This document shows positions 38,733-51,919 of a stretch of 64,000 nucleotides of DNA, piece after piece. The stretch's first letter is position 1. Each line of letters starts with the position of its first letter. The notes below the pieces were generated by a model. That model saw only the letters and a list, made by a program, of their open reading frames with translations. It was not told the DNA's origin and did no database searches. Both the position numbers and the translations under genes were made by a program. The DNA is from Saccostrea cucullata (Eukaryota), in the NCBI RefSeq assembly GCF_032062105.1, contig NW_026921197.1:1-64000 (forward strand). Direction: 5' to 3'.

Positions 38733-40609
38733 CATACATTCCCCCCTAAACATTATTACAGACATCATATTTTCCTGAGAAAATTGGCTCTGGGGAATAC
38801 ACACTCTTGAAATACCATGCACAGAGTGCGACTTCTCCTTGGAAAATTAAATCTGGTTTGGGGTATCTGTAGGCGAAATTCTCCTATTGAGACAGTTTTC
38901 CGTTTCTAAAATCGAACTATACAACCTTCTTTGCAGGGAGGAAATCCTTCCCTTGAGTCAGTTTCCCGGTGATAAAGATTTTACAGCAGATAGCTTACTC
39001 TACCACACCGACAGTCATTTTTATAGAGTGTACATGTAGTTCCTTTTGTGTAGTACATATATTTAAAAAATACTCTTAAAAACTAAAAGTACATATAAGT
39101 ATATGCTATTTTTTCATGTTGTAAGATTTTTTATTCGACTTGTACTTTTTAAGTAGGTCATGTCATTATCTTTTTGTAGACATTAAGAATAAAATAAAAT
39201 ACTCCTCGGTCATTCGTAATACCTACAGTTTTCTATTTCAAAGATAAAAGTGACACTTGAGTAAGGCATGGCAGGTTGGGATGGAGATTAATATTTTTTT
39301 TTAACTCTGTTTGGGTTCGGTTCACTTTTACACAGGAAATGAAACCAATGTTAAATTATATGATTTTGTATGTTTTCGATCCCTGCTCCTTAATGAATGT
39401 CTTATTTTTCAATTTATTCTTTTTATTTACAATCGTAAGAAGGCACTTTCTTTCTTCCACGCCATTAGATTGTAATGCTGAGATTTAGCTTATAAATGAT
39501 AAATAATGATTCATATTTATTTTCGATGAAAATTCCAAAACCTAACTTTGGGTAAAAATATTCACGTTCTGCGAAAAAAAAAAAGAAAGTTAGAACATTA
39601 AGATGTGTTGCTTCGATTTTGTATTTTTATGAAAATCGTTCTGCATTAAATTAAATAAATTCCAAACTACGTCTTTCGATATCAATACAGTAATTTTAAA
39701 GCAATATAAGCGAAAAACAGAGAAAATTCAAACCATAACTCCGAAATAGAGGATCCCCGGAGGATCCCCGGAGGCGTTAACTAGATTTTATGCTAAACAT
39801 GAAAACAAAAACGTCAATGTAAACATATTCAGGTGGTAAATATGTAGTTATATAATTGATCTGAAAACCTCTAAGTTCATGCAAATAAGAAAATGGGAAG
39901 ACCATCTCACAGGGTTATCAATTTCAGGTACTACTCAATAACTCTAATCTATGTATAATAAACCTGACAATCACGGGAGCGGTAAAATGTTTATATCATA
40001 TATCATACGATAAACAATCTAATACATGTAATGATACATCTTGTAAATCATATTACTAATCATTTCTGATTAAATTCAATATTCACTGTAAGCATTTCAA
40101 TATGGCCACATCTCAATTTTTGATGTAGTCTGATCTTCCGGGTTAAAATTATATAAAAAGAAAGTACCGGTAGGTACAAAAATGATCAAAGAAAAAAATT
40201 GAATTTATAGAAAACCTTTAGAATTAATGTCCTTCCTTTGTTGCAATTAAATCTAATCTAAAGAATTATTTTTTTATCAATAAGAGACAAAGCTTATACT
40301 TACCGGTATTGTATATAATCAAACACACTGAAAACGAAACTGAAACTAAAATTAGAATGTGGAAATTTTATTGCATCATTTTCCAATAATAAAGGAGCGA
40401 TAATCGATCGAGAATCTACAATGAGTTCCTATTATCAAAAAGAAAATAAAGATTTTTTTTAAATCGCAAAAAAAATTGGGTAATTCTGAGATTATTCTTA
40501 CAAAATTGCACATTTTGAAAGATGAGGAGATGAAAAGGTAGTAATTTAATAATCTCATTACATAGATGATTGATTAAAAACATGGATATTATATTTCAGC
40601 ATTATCCTC

Positions 40610-41151
40610 TAAAGCTGCAGATCTGTAGCTCTCCGAAAAAATATATATTGATAGACCGGAGAGCGACAATGCCACCCATTGAAAAAAAAATTGTATATTT
40701 ATTGCGCTCAAAAAAGTGCTCTCGGTCCTTGATTATTTCCTCCAAATTCTTACCTCAATTGCACACAAAAGGAAGATGTTTAAAGCATCCTCTCTCCTCT
40801 ACCAAGTACTCTCGTAGTTGACATCTGAGCATATTGGACCTATTATCTTTGAAATCAAAATGGCAGCATAAATAAGCGAAATGTTCGATGATTACAATAT
40901 CAGGGTCAGGAGGACTATTAACAACAGTTATGACGAATGTTTAATTGTGGAAAGAGTCAAAGAATATTTCAGGAGCATACGGTTAGTAATATTTTGAGCT
41001 TACGATTGTAGGAACATGGTGAAATAAATCAAAAACCGACCACACTTTTTTGTGCGCAATAAATATACAGTTTTTTCAATGGGTGGCACTGTAGCTCTCC
41101 AGTCTATCTATATATATTTTTTTTTCGGAGAGCTACAGATCTACAGCTATA
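40610..41151. mobile_element. MITE with about 130-bp TIRs
   Basis: AGCTGCAGATCTGTAGCTCTCCGAAAAAA...GCCACCCATTGAAAAAA...TTTATTGCGC mirrored at the right end; flanking direct repeat TATCCTCT (40603-40610, 41150-41157), exact boundary ambiguous. Confidence 0.85.
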
Positions 41152-42199
41152 TCCTCTCTTTTCTTTTATACGAATGAAATACAAACATTTCGATTTTGCT
41201 AATTGTAAAATCCAACTTAAAAAGTTTGATTATTTAATAATAAATATTTTTTTCATTAAAAACATCTTTTTTACGCATTCATCACCTGACTGTCCATCGA
41301 TGGAACCAACCTTCATTCAGTACAGAGTGGGTTATACTATGGTATTTCTGTAAGTATTTAAATTCTGTGATAAAAACAGCTTAATTAAAATTAATTCAAT
41401 TTTTAAAAAATCACCCTTTTTTTGCACGTCTACTTTCCGTTAATTTTTCATAGTAGGCCTTTACATTGTATGCGACTGCAGTTATATTTGGTATTTTTTT
41501 TTTGTTAGTACAATAAATATGTAGCGCTTGTAATCGTCTGTAGTTTCTTACTGCACTGCATCCAAAAAAAAAAAATACACAGCTGATATATTTTTTTTTT
41601 CGCCAGCTAGTGTTGTATATCCTAGAATGTCTTCAATGGTCGCGATAAAATTCAATGAGCAGTGTGGCTTATTTAATTGTGTCAACACCTACTTTCACAC
41701 CTTGAGTATTTAAGGTATCCATCAAATAATTTGAAACCTTCATATAGAAGAGAAGGAATGTAATGCAATATGTAGGCTTACAAAACACAAAGTTTCGTTG
41801 CAAATATCTAAAAACTTCAATAGACGTTCCTGGAAAATAAACGGTTTTCAAGCTAACATATATTTGCATTTTTGACGTCAATTTCTGTCAATTTTTGTTT
41901 GCCAGCATTTTGGATCTGCCAATAACGTTTGAAATGTACAAGTTTCAAATATGTTTCTAAAAAGAGTTGTAAAACGTTAAATATGAAACACATTATATCA
42001 AATAGACTTTTTTAAGTTTATGAAACATATAAGTATTGTTTCATACTATTAATGTCTTCTCTAATGAGAGAGTGTTTGCCTTCATCATTGTGATATATAA
42101 CATGCAAAAGACTTGTATATTAAGAGATTTAAAAGAATTTCTCTTTTTAAATTCACATACACGAAGTCTGAATAGGCAATTAAATTTAAATAGAAGAAA

Positions 42200-42407
42200 T
42201 CTACATGTATTGAAAGTAAGGCTTCCCAGAGATTTCTGTTTAAATTGATATTAAGTGGTAAACCATTTGACAAAAGTGTTCATCTGCATTTGAACACTGC
42301 TTTTCTTCGGATTCATTTAGCCATTCGTCTCTATCATTTAGACATACATTTATTTTCTTGACCAGTATTACTTTCGAGCAATCTGTTTCGTTGAATCTGC
42401 CATTTAT
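42200..42407 (-). pseudogene. Family X pseudogene exon (frameshifted)
   Basis: cttcag acceptor, phase 0: INGRFNETDCSKVILVKKINVCLNDRDEWLNESEEKQCSNADEHFCQMVYH, then a frameshift into LNINLNRNLWEA; Cys/W/YH spacing matches exon 2 of the other family X copies. Confidence 0.65.
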
Positions 42408-43325
42408 CTGAAGTATGCATGAACATGTATTTCAAAGAAAAAAAAATCTGATGATCAGAAGTATATTCATTTTAAAAATTATCAATAGAATATATTGGTA
42501 TAGTATAATGTACATGTAGTACAGTTTTGTGTNNNNNNNNNNNNNNNNNNNNNNNNNNNNNNNNNNNNNNNNNNNNNNNNNNNNNNNNNNNNNNNNNNNN
42601 NNNNNNNNNNNNNNNNNNNNNNNNNNNNNNNNNNNNNNNNNNNNNNNNNNNNNNNNNNNNNNNNNNNNNNNNNNNNNNNNNNNNNNNNNNNNNNNNNNNN
42701 NNNNNNNNNNNNNNNNNNNNNNNNNNNNNNNNNNNNNNNNNNNNNNNNNNNNNNTATATTCTACCACGATTATTCAAAACATCAAAGGAAACCGGCGGAC
42801 ATTATTCTCCAATAAATCACGAACAACATCAAAAAATTATCAGATCAGAAACACGTATCAAATTTGAACAATTCAATTCAAGCTGTATCAGACATGTTTT
42901 ATTCAAATAAGGCATTTACAATGAGAATGCATTGAATCCCTTATTTGAAATGTATGTAAAGTAAAAAATATTGTACTAAGATGACAATTAATGAAGTACT
43001 TTTTCCTAAACGCATCTTCATTCATACACGACCAAAAAGTAAATTGTCCATCGTTATGTTTGTTACCATAAGTCACCATTCGAGAGATTAACTCCTAAGC
43101 CAATATATCTATTCCGTAGAAAGACAATAAAAAATAACAGCATATCTTCAGTTAGCAGTCCCAAATTATTCATGATATTACTAATTGGTTTGGAATGTTA
43201 CTTACGATTCACTTACGATTCATAAAATTACATGTTTTTTTCTAAGATGTAATTGAAAATCTAAGATATATATTTATATCAGATACACAACACAGTTATA
43301 GATTTTGAAAAGCGTCCAGACCCCT

Positions 43326-44355
43326 CGCAGCACAGTTAAGGTTACAAATGGAAATATCAACGATTTTTTAAGATAAAAATATATACTTTATTAGGATGGG
43401 CAATTCTTTTTAGGACTTCACTGATATAAAAAAAATGTAATGTGGTTTAAATCTACATGTTGGCTACATTTAGATTTTTTATTTAGACTTGTCGTGTGAT
43501 GTCGACGTCACATGACTTTAGCAATTATACTTGCAGTTTAGAGGTCATCTATAAATTTCAATATTGCAAGGGCATAACGAAGTTAAAAATCTTAATTACA
43601 TATATAATCCTTTTCAACACTTTATGTACTTTGTGAAAAGTGCTGCGAACCTATATAGATTCCCTTTTTTAATTGCTAAAATTTAATTTGTTGGACGGCA
43701 GGTTGAATAATTTGCTGGTCAACTACATTAAATATAGCTATAATTAATTTATTTGCAAGATTTCAAGAGGTTCGCAGCACTTTTCAAATATCTTAATGCT
43801 TCTTGAGTTTATGTGTAAAATTTTGACAAGATACATTAAGGGTATGCCCTTGCAATAAATTGATTTATTAGGGCCCTTCCATTACTTTTTCAATGAATCT
43901 GCATACAAACATACGACAATATGCCTTGTCTGGAGAATGTACGTAAAGTTTATAAATAAAATACTAAAATAGACATCGCATCCAAATTAACGGCTTTTTT
44001 TAAAACTGCAAATAGTATTTTATTTGAGAACAAAAGACATTTTTTCACTGTACAAAATGTGACTTGATCAGCCTCTAACTGTGTACAAACTGCGTCATTT
44101 TGCGAGATGACGTCATATTGACAAGTGCATTGCGATCGATGCATCGTTTATATACTGTTGTGTGGGATTTAACAAACGACAAAACTGCATGTAATAGTAA
44201 GTTTGTATGTAGTATACAGCTATTCAGTTGTTTGAAATAGCAAATAATTTCATTTTGTGGTATTTTGAAGACCTTATATTATGTGTGATGTCATAGTTAA
44301 CATTTCCCGTACAAATTAGGCCCCGCCTTCTTACTGTAACCTTAACTGTGCTGCG
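43326..44355. mobile_element. Non-autonomous TIR transposon, CGCA...TGCG termini, 2-bp TSD (CT)
   Basis: Perfect 21-bp TIR CGCAGCACAGTTAAGGTTACA / TGTAACCTTAACTGTGCTGCG; CT at 43324-43325 and 44356-44357; internal IRs ATTGCAAGGGCATA and GAAAAGTGCTGCGAACCT. Confidence 0.85.
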
Positions 44356-44937
44356 CTGATACGCAGGGTGAATAAGGAAGCATACAAAATATTCTACCTT
44401 GACTAAATCAGTGCTACATTATGACGTCATAGTAGGCGAGATGACGTCAATTCAAGAACACAAGTTTTCGTATTATTGGTATTTAGAGATGTATTTTAAC
44501 TCTAGAAAATGAATAGAAACGTGTAAACATTAACAACAATGAAATGTTCTTATTTTGTTATGCTGTATTCTGCCATTTTGATTAAAATCTACCACCGATA
44601 ACGTCATATGTGTACTTCAAGTAACTTGGGAATCGACCATGTCGTGTAAAGAGAATTTGGCTAAGACGGCATGTACAAAGATATGTAAAATGGAGTTTAA
44701 AAGCAAATATCATGAATATTTTGTAAAATTCATATGGAGATTAATCAATAAAACAGGTATGTTAATTTATTTTAATCGATTATATTCTCTTTCAAAGACA
44801 GTCAGCTATGTACGTATCCCTGTCGGCCTTTCTTGTGTCATTTGTGACAAAAATAATGCAACAGAACAACAATAAGCTGGATATTTCAAAACATAAAATT
44901 TGTACATATAGAAAGTTTGCCTCCTAAAATACTTGGA

Positions 44938-45083
44938 AAGTTCTGCTAGAATCCCGAGTTAAGCATGGTTTTACGGAAAATCTCGGTTCATATGTAAAAA
45001 ATTTAAAACATGGGGTAAGGTTCCGTGCGAATGTGTGGAATAATTATTTTACTGACTGGACAGTGGGATTCTAGCAGCACTTT
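44938..45083. repeat. Short inverted repeat/foldback
   Basis: AAGTTCTGCTAGAATCCC ... GGGATTCTAGCAGCACTT, with inner ACGGAA/TTCCGT. Confidence 0.6.
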
Positions 45084-46601
45084 GTAGACAAAATAGATGC
45101 TTTTCAACTACATTATTTACTCAAAGAAATTATCAAACTCCGGGGTATGGTTGTTCTGTTAGCTTTTTTATTAAGGAAAAATTCGCTATTAATAGAAGTC
45201 ACGTGATGCCGTGGTGGTGGGGCACGTCGTTGCGTTAGACACTCTTTTATCTCTATGAAATAAATAATAATAGTTTACGTTTATGAGTGGTTTTGGTAAA
45301 TTACCAAACTGAATTTTCTTCAAAAAGTCTAAATTCCCAAAAAATGACTTATATGCTTCCTTAATATACCTGCGTATGTAGATGAAAGTGCCGTTAAACA
45401 AAAATAATAATTCCATTAAATTGTTTATCCATGGTGTCTACAATGGTCAGATCAGTAATAACAGTTACCACTGGTATATTTAGCCTTCTGAGAAACAGAA
45501 ACATCTATAAATGGAAACACGTCATTTATGTTTCATTGCATTCAAATTCGGCATGTTCTTTGGAACAAAAAGCTGATAGATAAGAATAAACCAAAGTTTC
45601 TTCAGGAAAAGAAAGAAAAAAAAGAATCGTGATAATAATTGAAATTAAAATTAGTGCTGTTTTAATTATTTGTCATTTTTGTACGTTTTCTTTCATCTGT
45701 TGATTTTTTTTTCAATTAAACTAAAAATAAAGACAACTCAGGGTTTCCCAGATGTTTCAAATTTGAATGTAGAATGCACTAATGCTATACTACGCAATTT
45801 ACCTGTAAACTGGAACATACAGACAGTGTTACATTTGTAATGGCTTTTTCATTTGATACATGGGAATGCACATTGCAAATAGTGGATATACTCAGGTGAG
45901 CTGCTACCAAATAAAGTTCATTTGGCAATTATACATGAGTTTGTAAACAGAAATAATCTACCGTAAGGTATAAGTTAGGTGAAATGTTAATAGACAAAAC
46001 AAAAGCATATTTAACCTTTCGTAGCACTTGGGTTGACTACAATATTTTCCATTTTTTTCAATCTTGCGTAGACACAACATTTTCGTACAAATTATGTATT
46101 CTTATGAATATTGAAGATAATGAACATGTAACTCATTATGTCTACATATAAGCTGTCTTGAAAAAAAAATAGATTAGATCTTGTACATCTCCTGAGTGAA
46201 ATGAATGAGAATTCTCTGGAATAACTTTTATATTTTATTTCATAATACGCGTATTGATACAATTCTGTTACTTAAATCTTTTCACCACAATATTTTCAAT
46301 AAAATTCTCATATACTATAATCTAGTATACAATTTGTCCTTTATGTCCTTTATTTAAACCTATCCTTTAATAGCGTAAAATACATTAAACAGATTTGATT
46401 ATATATTTGTTTTCCTGTCTATGTTCGATGATAAAATATTACGTCAATCTTTTTAATTAAAATATGATAATAAGTATTGTATTTATATACACAAAATGAA
46501 TTCAGTAATAAAAGTAGTACCAATATTGCCACAACCATGTCATCCATTTTTTGTTGCATTGCTGAGACTGAACGATGGGAGGCCATCGGAGCCATTTGTA
46601 G

Positions 46602-47191
46602 ATTTACCCTTTACCCGTGTTGATAATGCTTCTGAGTTACCCCGGACAAAAATACCCGTGGACAGTGTCCCAAATACGCGTAATTATTTTTTACTCACGT
46701 CAATTTTGTTCGTTGTGGGATCTGTTTTACTAATAGTTACACTTCCGATAGTTCTTTGCTGTGTTTTATATAAGAAGAGGAAAACACTCTTTAAGAGAAA
46801 GGACCTGCCTTTGCAAGATGCTGTACGCATAAATAAGAGTGATGTACAACAAAATACCAATGAGTACGAAACACTTGGGTATGAGACATTATTTCAGGGT
46901 TTTGGTAATCTTTCAATTTTTTAAAACCGTAGGAGAGAATCTTACTCTATAAATATTTCATCAAGGGACATATGTGGTAAAGAAGAAAAACCTCGTGCAG
47001 TGGCAACAAGTCAAACAATCGAAATAAATTCCCTGAATACATTTGATCAAGACAACCCGTATGTGCTGCCAAATAATGTCCATACAGAATCATCGACAGA
47101 TGTACACACGTTTAATGATGAACTTATCGCAACAACAGAATCTGACTGCAAAAACAGCAATGTGTACGTATCGATTATACCCTCAGACTAA
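46602..47191 (+). pseudogene. Family Y terminal exon (stalk, TM, Tyr-rich tail) with one in-frame TAA at 46922-46924
   Basis: tttgtag acceptor; TM FLLTSILFVVGSVLLIVTLPIVLCCVLY followed by KKRK; YETLGYETL; the two listed ORFs are in the same frame and 46925-46999 is open (NRRRESYSINISSRDICGKEEKPRA); ends NVYVSIIPSD*. Confidence 0.75.
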
Positions 47192-48089
47192 TTAAACATG
47201 ACCTCATTCTCAATAATCGAATGAAAAAAGAATCTAGATGCATGAAATACTACATGCATCTTTAAGACCGCAACCACGACACCTATACAAATATAAAAGA
47301 AAACTTTCTTGTGGATGGTGGGCAAAGAATATATAAAAAATATATGTATTTACTATTTTGTTGCATGATTTTAGAGAATTTAATTAAATCATGATGCTTA
47401 TATCAGTGAAATATCAGTAAAATTTAACTCCATATTCTATATCACGTATTCGCTTTTCAGAAAATCTCCATGTTTCCCTAAAACACCAACTGTCTAAATT
47501 GTAGAATGCATTGAACTACCAGATAATATTATATAAATGAATTGATTAAGTTAATGAAAGTAAATATCATGATGAAACTTTGAGCCTAGAAATATCTTAT
47601 GTGTTTTGCTCACTCATCTATGCAGACGAGGACAAAAATGGAACCCTCATGTTAATGTGACCCACATTCTACGTATGTTTACAAAAGTACTATTGTCAAT
47701 AAGGTATATCCGTCCTTTTCAGTATATCATGATTACGAACAAAGTTTGATATATACATTTACATATAAAAGAAGAAATAAATGTATCCATATGAAAAAAA
47801 AATATTGATTGATTTTTTTTATAGGAAAATATGAATAAAATTGTAAACAAAATTGTTTTACGTTTAAAATTTAAACAAAATTGAGAACTGGAAGGTTTTA
47901 ATTACCTGTTGGTGAATAAAAAGAAAAATATTCGTGTACCACAAAAAAAAACAACAAAAAAACGATCTATTTTTTTTAAAAACAATCATATAAAACTTAC
48001 TTCTTTACTCCGTTTTCAACTAAGAATCGGGAATTTTTGCACCAATTTCTCAGAATTGAATTTAAAAGAATTGACACATTTTTTCATTA

Positions 48090-48385
48090 TTTTGTGGCCC
48101 GAGAGGGGCAGAAGTTTGAGAGTCTACTGTGGTGTCGCGGAATTAGGAGTTCAGCCTTATGTCGTGGATTCGATTCCCACTGTGGGACGTAGATACCCAT
48201 CCTTCGAATGAGATCATATAAACCGAGTTCCAATGTCGCAGTGGCCGCTGATCCGAAAAAGATATGTCATTGCTTAATGAACCTGAGTGCTAAGTAGAGG
48301 CAAAAATGTATCTTTCTGTGCATGTGGAGACGTCCCTATATGAGTAAAAATTCACGCAAGGGAAGTTTACAAACGATCAAACAAT
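48090..48385 (+). mobile_element. tRNA-derived SINE
   Basis: A-box-like GTGGCCCGAGAGG, B-box GGATTCGATTCCC, core GAATGAGATCATATAAACCGAG resembling bivalve SINE cores, CAAA-type tail; a related copy lies at about 58888. Confidence 0.65.
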
Positions 48386-48444
48386 TCATCTTTCATTATT
48401 TCTACCATCACGATTCTTTCAAGCGCTCGGCAGTCAAATAATAT

Positions 48445-48480
<36 letters not shown>

Positions 48481-49729
48481 GCTTTGACCATTCTGTTCTT
48501 TACGAGATTTCCCCCTTGTTATACATAATGCGTCCCCACCCTACCCCACTGATCATAATTTAGACATTTTGAAATCTACACTACCCCATGATCCTTCCAT
48601 GGGCACATATGTTTCAGCTTTTTTGGCCCAGTGGTTCCTGAGAAGAAGATTTTCAAAGATTTTTCCTATATATTTCTATATAAAACTTTGATTCCCTATA
48701 ATGGCTCCGCCCTTCCCCCGGGGGTCATGATTCCTACAATTTAGAATTTACAATACCCCAGAATGCTTCCACATAAGCTTCACTTTTTCTGGCCCAGTGG
48801 TTCTTGAGAAGAAGATTTTCAAAGATTTTTCCTATATATTTCTATATAAAACTTTGATTCCCCATTGTGGCCCCGCCCTTCCCCCAGGGGTCATTATTTA
48901 AACAATTTAGAATCTACATAATACCAGAATGCTTCCACATAAGTTGCAGCTTTTCTGGCCCAGTGGTTCTTGAGAAGAAGATTTTCAAAGATTTTCCCTA
49001 TATATTTCTATGTAAAATTTTGATTCCCCATTGTGGCCCCACCCTTTCCCCGGGGTCATTATTTGAACAATTTAGAATCTACATTATACCAGAATGCTTC
49101 CACATAAGTTTCAGCTTTTCTGGCCCTGTGGTTCTTGAGAAGAAGATTTTCAAAGATTTTTTCTATATATTTCTATGTAAAACTTTGATTCCCCATTGTG
49201 GCCCCGCCCTTCCCCCGGGGGTCATGATTCCTACAATTTAGAATTTACAATACCCCAGAATGCTTCCACATAAGCTTCACTTTTTCTGGCCCAGTGGTTC
49301 TTGAGAAGAAGATTTTCAAAGATTTTTCCTATATATTTTTATGTAAAACTTTGATTCCCCATTGTGGCCCCGCCCTTCCCCTGGGGGTCATAATTTGAAC
49401 AATTTAGAATCTACACTACCCAAGGATGCTTCCACATATAAGTTTCAGCTTTACTGGCCCAGTGGTTCTTGAGAAGAAAATTTTTTAATGACCCAACCCT
49501 ATTTTTGTCTTTTCTTGATTATCTCCCCTTGCGAGGGGATATGTCCCTTCAGTTAAATAATTTAAATTCCCCTTCACCCAAGGATGCTTTGTACCAAGTT
49601 TGGTCAAAATTGGCCAAGTGGTTCTTGAGAAGAAGTCGAAAATGTGAAAAGTTTACAGACGGAGGGACAGACAGACAGACGGACGGACGGACAGACGGAC
49701 AGACGGACGGACGGACGACGGACAAAATG

Positions 49730-49775
<46 letters not shown>
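48445..49775 (+). mobile_element. Helentron-associated element carrying a 166-bp Cg170-like satellite array
   Basis: 5' ACAAGAGGCCCATGGGCCACATCGCTCACCTGAG; about 5 units of 166 bp (ggcccagtggttcttgagaagaagattttcaaag); (GACG/GACA)n; 3' hairpin AGCTCACTTGAGCC-TTC-GGCTCAGGTGAGCT. Confidence 0.9.
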
Positions 49776-49779
<4 letters not shown>

Positions 49780-51273
49780 TGATACAAGAAAATATCATAC
49801 TGGCTATTTAGTTTTTCTTTACCACATATACATGTATAATACTATTTTGGTGCAAAAATGTTATATAATAATAAGTGCGCATTAATTTACATGATGTGTT
49901 CAATGATTTATATTAGTTCNNNNNNNNNNNNNNNNNNNNNNNNNNNNNNNNNNNNNNNNNNNNNNNNNNNNNNNNNNNNNNNNNNNNNNNNNNNNNNNNN
50001 NNNNNNNNNNNNNNNNNNNNNNNNNNNNNNNNNNNNNNNNNNNNNNNNNNNNNNNNNNNNNNNNNNNNNNNNNNNNAAATATTAATCAACCAAAGAATTA
50101 CAATTTAAGTGCAAAAAATCAAATTAATTACGTCGCAGCTTAGTAAGATGCACAATGTTCCCTTATTTTTCTACCAGTGTTGACCATGCTATATAAGTAC
50201 TTGTCTAAAAAATATCGTCTATAGTATCCTATTTTCGACTGTATTGTGTTTTCGACCTATTTTTCCCAATCTGCTTCCCGTGCAGATACCGCACGGTAGA
50301 ATTTTTTTTCGGTTGCTACATTTGGAAAAATACCTGTGAAGCACTGATGTTGTGAAAAACACTCAAAATAATTCATTCAGCGGAATTCCCCATTGGTTTA
50401 AGTCTGTTGTCAGAAATTCTAGTCTTTTTACAAATGCTCATTTTATCTGTACATTAATGAAATCCGAAATCGATTAATTACGAAGATTTTGTGATGACAT
50501 TGTTCCGAAAGAAAGTTAAGATCTCTGTCAAAAAGACACATGAATATTGAAATGAAAAGATGGGTCAAACATTTCTTTTCTTCCTTAAATATGGACATTT
50601 TTTTTACAGATTTTTACTGAAAAATTCAACGTAATTTTTTGTGGAAATGCACAGCTACTGACAGATGGGTTCAAACAACGAATAACTGTTTTTGCAACCC
50701 AAGTATGCAACTTGTTCAATGTTTTTTTTTTTTTTTTGAAAAACAGACAATCGTATTTTTATTGTTTGGAATATCCAATGGATATTTATAGCCAATACTT
50801 ATTGGGAGTTGATACTCTACTTAGGTGGAAAAGACAACGCTAATATTTTGTAAGGAAAATTGCACCCTCTCCATATTGACATTTAAATAGAATAAGCACA
50901 AAACTGCAATTAAGGTTATATCAGTTTTATTTATAGACACATATGCTAACATTTTAAGCCCATATTTTCTCAGATTATTTAATGTTTGCAATAAATTATA
51001 AATAACATCTAAAAAGGTCGAAGATACAATACGCCAGGATACTTCTTCAAAATGCTTGATATAACTAATTTCACGACTGACATACCTTAATATCTATGAA
51101 CAGTTGCAATAATTAACTGGTTTCTGTTTTGATTCTTATTACTTCAATGTAAAATAATAATAATAACAATACTAATAATAATAATGATGATACTATTAAT
51201 AATAAAGAAATCGTCACATAATACATGTACTTTAGAAAAAAATAGCTATCTATGCCACTAAGCTAAAACTTAC

Positions 51274-51919
51274 AATTATATGCTTTCGTGGATTCATATC
51301 TAAATTGGCAAGACGTAGAGAAGTTTTAACAAGATGTAAAAAGGTTTGGTTCAATCCTACATCCCCTCATGTTGAACTCTGGGCAGTGGTAACCTTTAAT
51401 TATAATAAACAATGTTAAATAATTGACATTTTACTTCAATATATCCTGCTTTTTCTTGCTTCGTTAGCCTCTCTCCAAAAATACTCAAGAGGATATATGA
51501 GGAAATTGGCTCCCTATTAGCGTCAATTTAATAATCAAGTGCATAAATTGCTTGAATTAAAGTATATTCCTACCGTTACTTTTTGATATCAAATTGTTAG
51601 GATTATCTTCGAATTAATGTTTGGTATTTTTTTTTTTTTTGGAGAACATTAGTCTTTTTTTTTTTTACTTGCAATTAGAATATCTTTACTTGTAATTTAT
51701 TTAATATTTACCAATAATTCTTTTGGGCTTTGCACAGACAGACAAAGTCATATTCATCCAGGTATTGATGAGACAGTGGTACACTAGGCAAGGTCTCAAT
51801 GTTCCACTAGAACAGTTCTTTATAAGGGCCTGTGCCTCCCATTCACCTTTTGTGCGAGGACAATGTCATCTACTGACAGGTTTTACTTTACTTGCCATGC
51901 ATGTTTCTTCGCCATATAT
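51274..51919 (-). pseudogene. Family X pseudogene, exons 51919-51712 and 51393-51274, each with one nonsense codon
   Basis: IYGEETCMASKVKPVSR*HCPRTKGEWEAQALIKNCSSGTLRPCLVYHCLINTWMNMTLSVCAKPKRII|GYHCPEFNMRGCRIEPNLFTSC*NFSTSCQFRYESTKAYN; GT-AG sites intact, phases 0/1/1 as in the 28689-33754 gene; TGA 51866-51868, TAA 51326-51328. Confidence 0.85.

Noticed and set aside
38487-38822. Poly-K / poly-F ORFs
   Set aside because: Arise from the homopolymer tract.
45840-45895. CAG|GTGAGC donor as exon 1 of the 46602 gene
   Set aside because: No convincing signal peptide, and no open frame in a phase matching the downstream acceptor.
48867-49746. ORFs of 124, 87 and 65 aa
   Set aside because: Translations of the 166-bp satellite and GACG microsatellite.
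51866-51868. In-frame TGA as selenocysteine
   Set aside because: Not at a conserved Cys position and the next exon has a TAA, so pseudogenisation is simpler.
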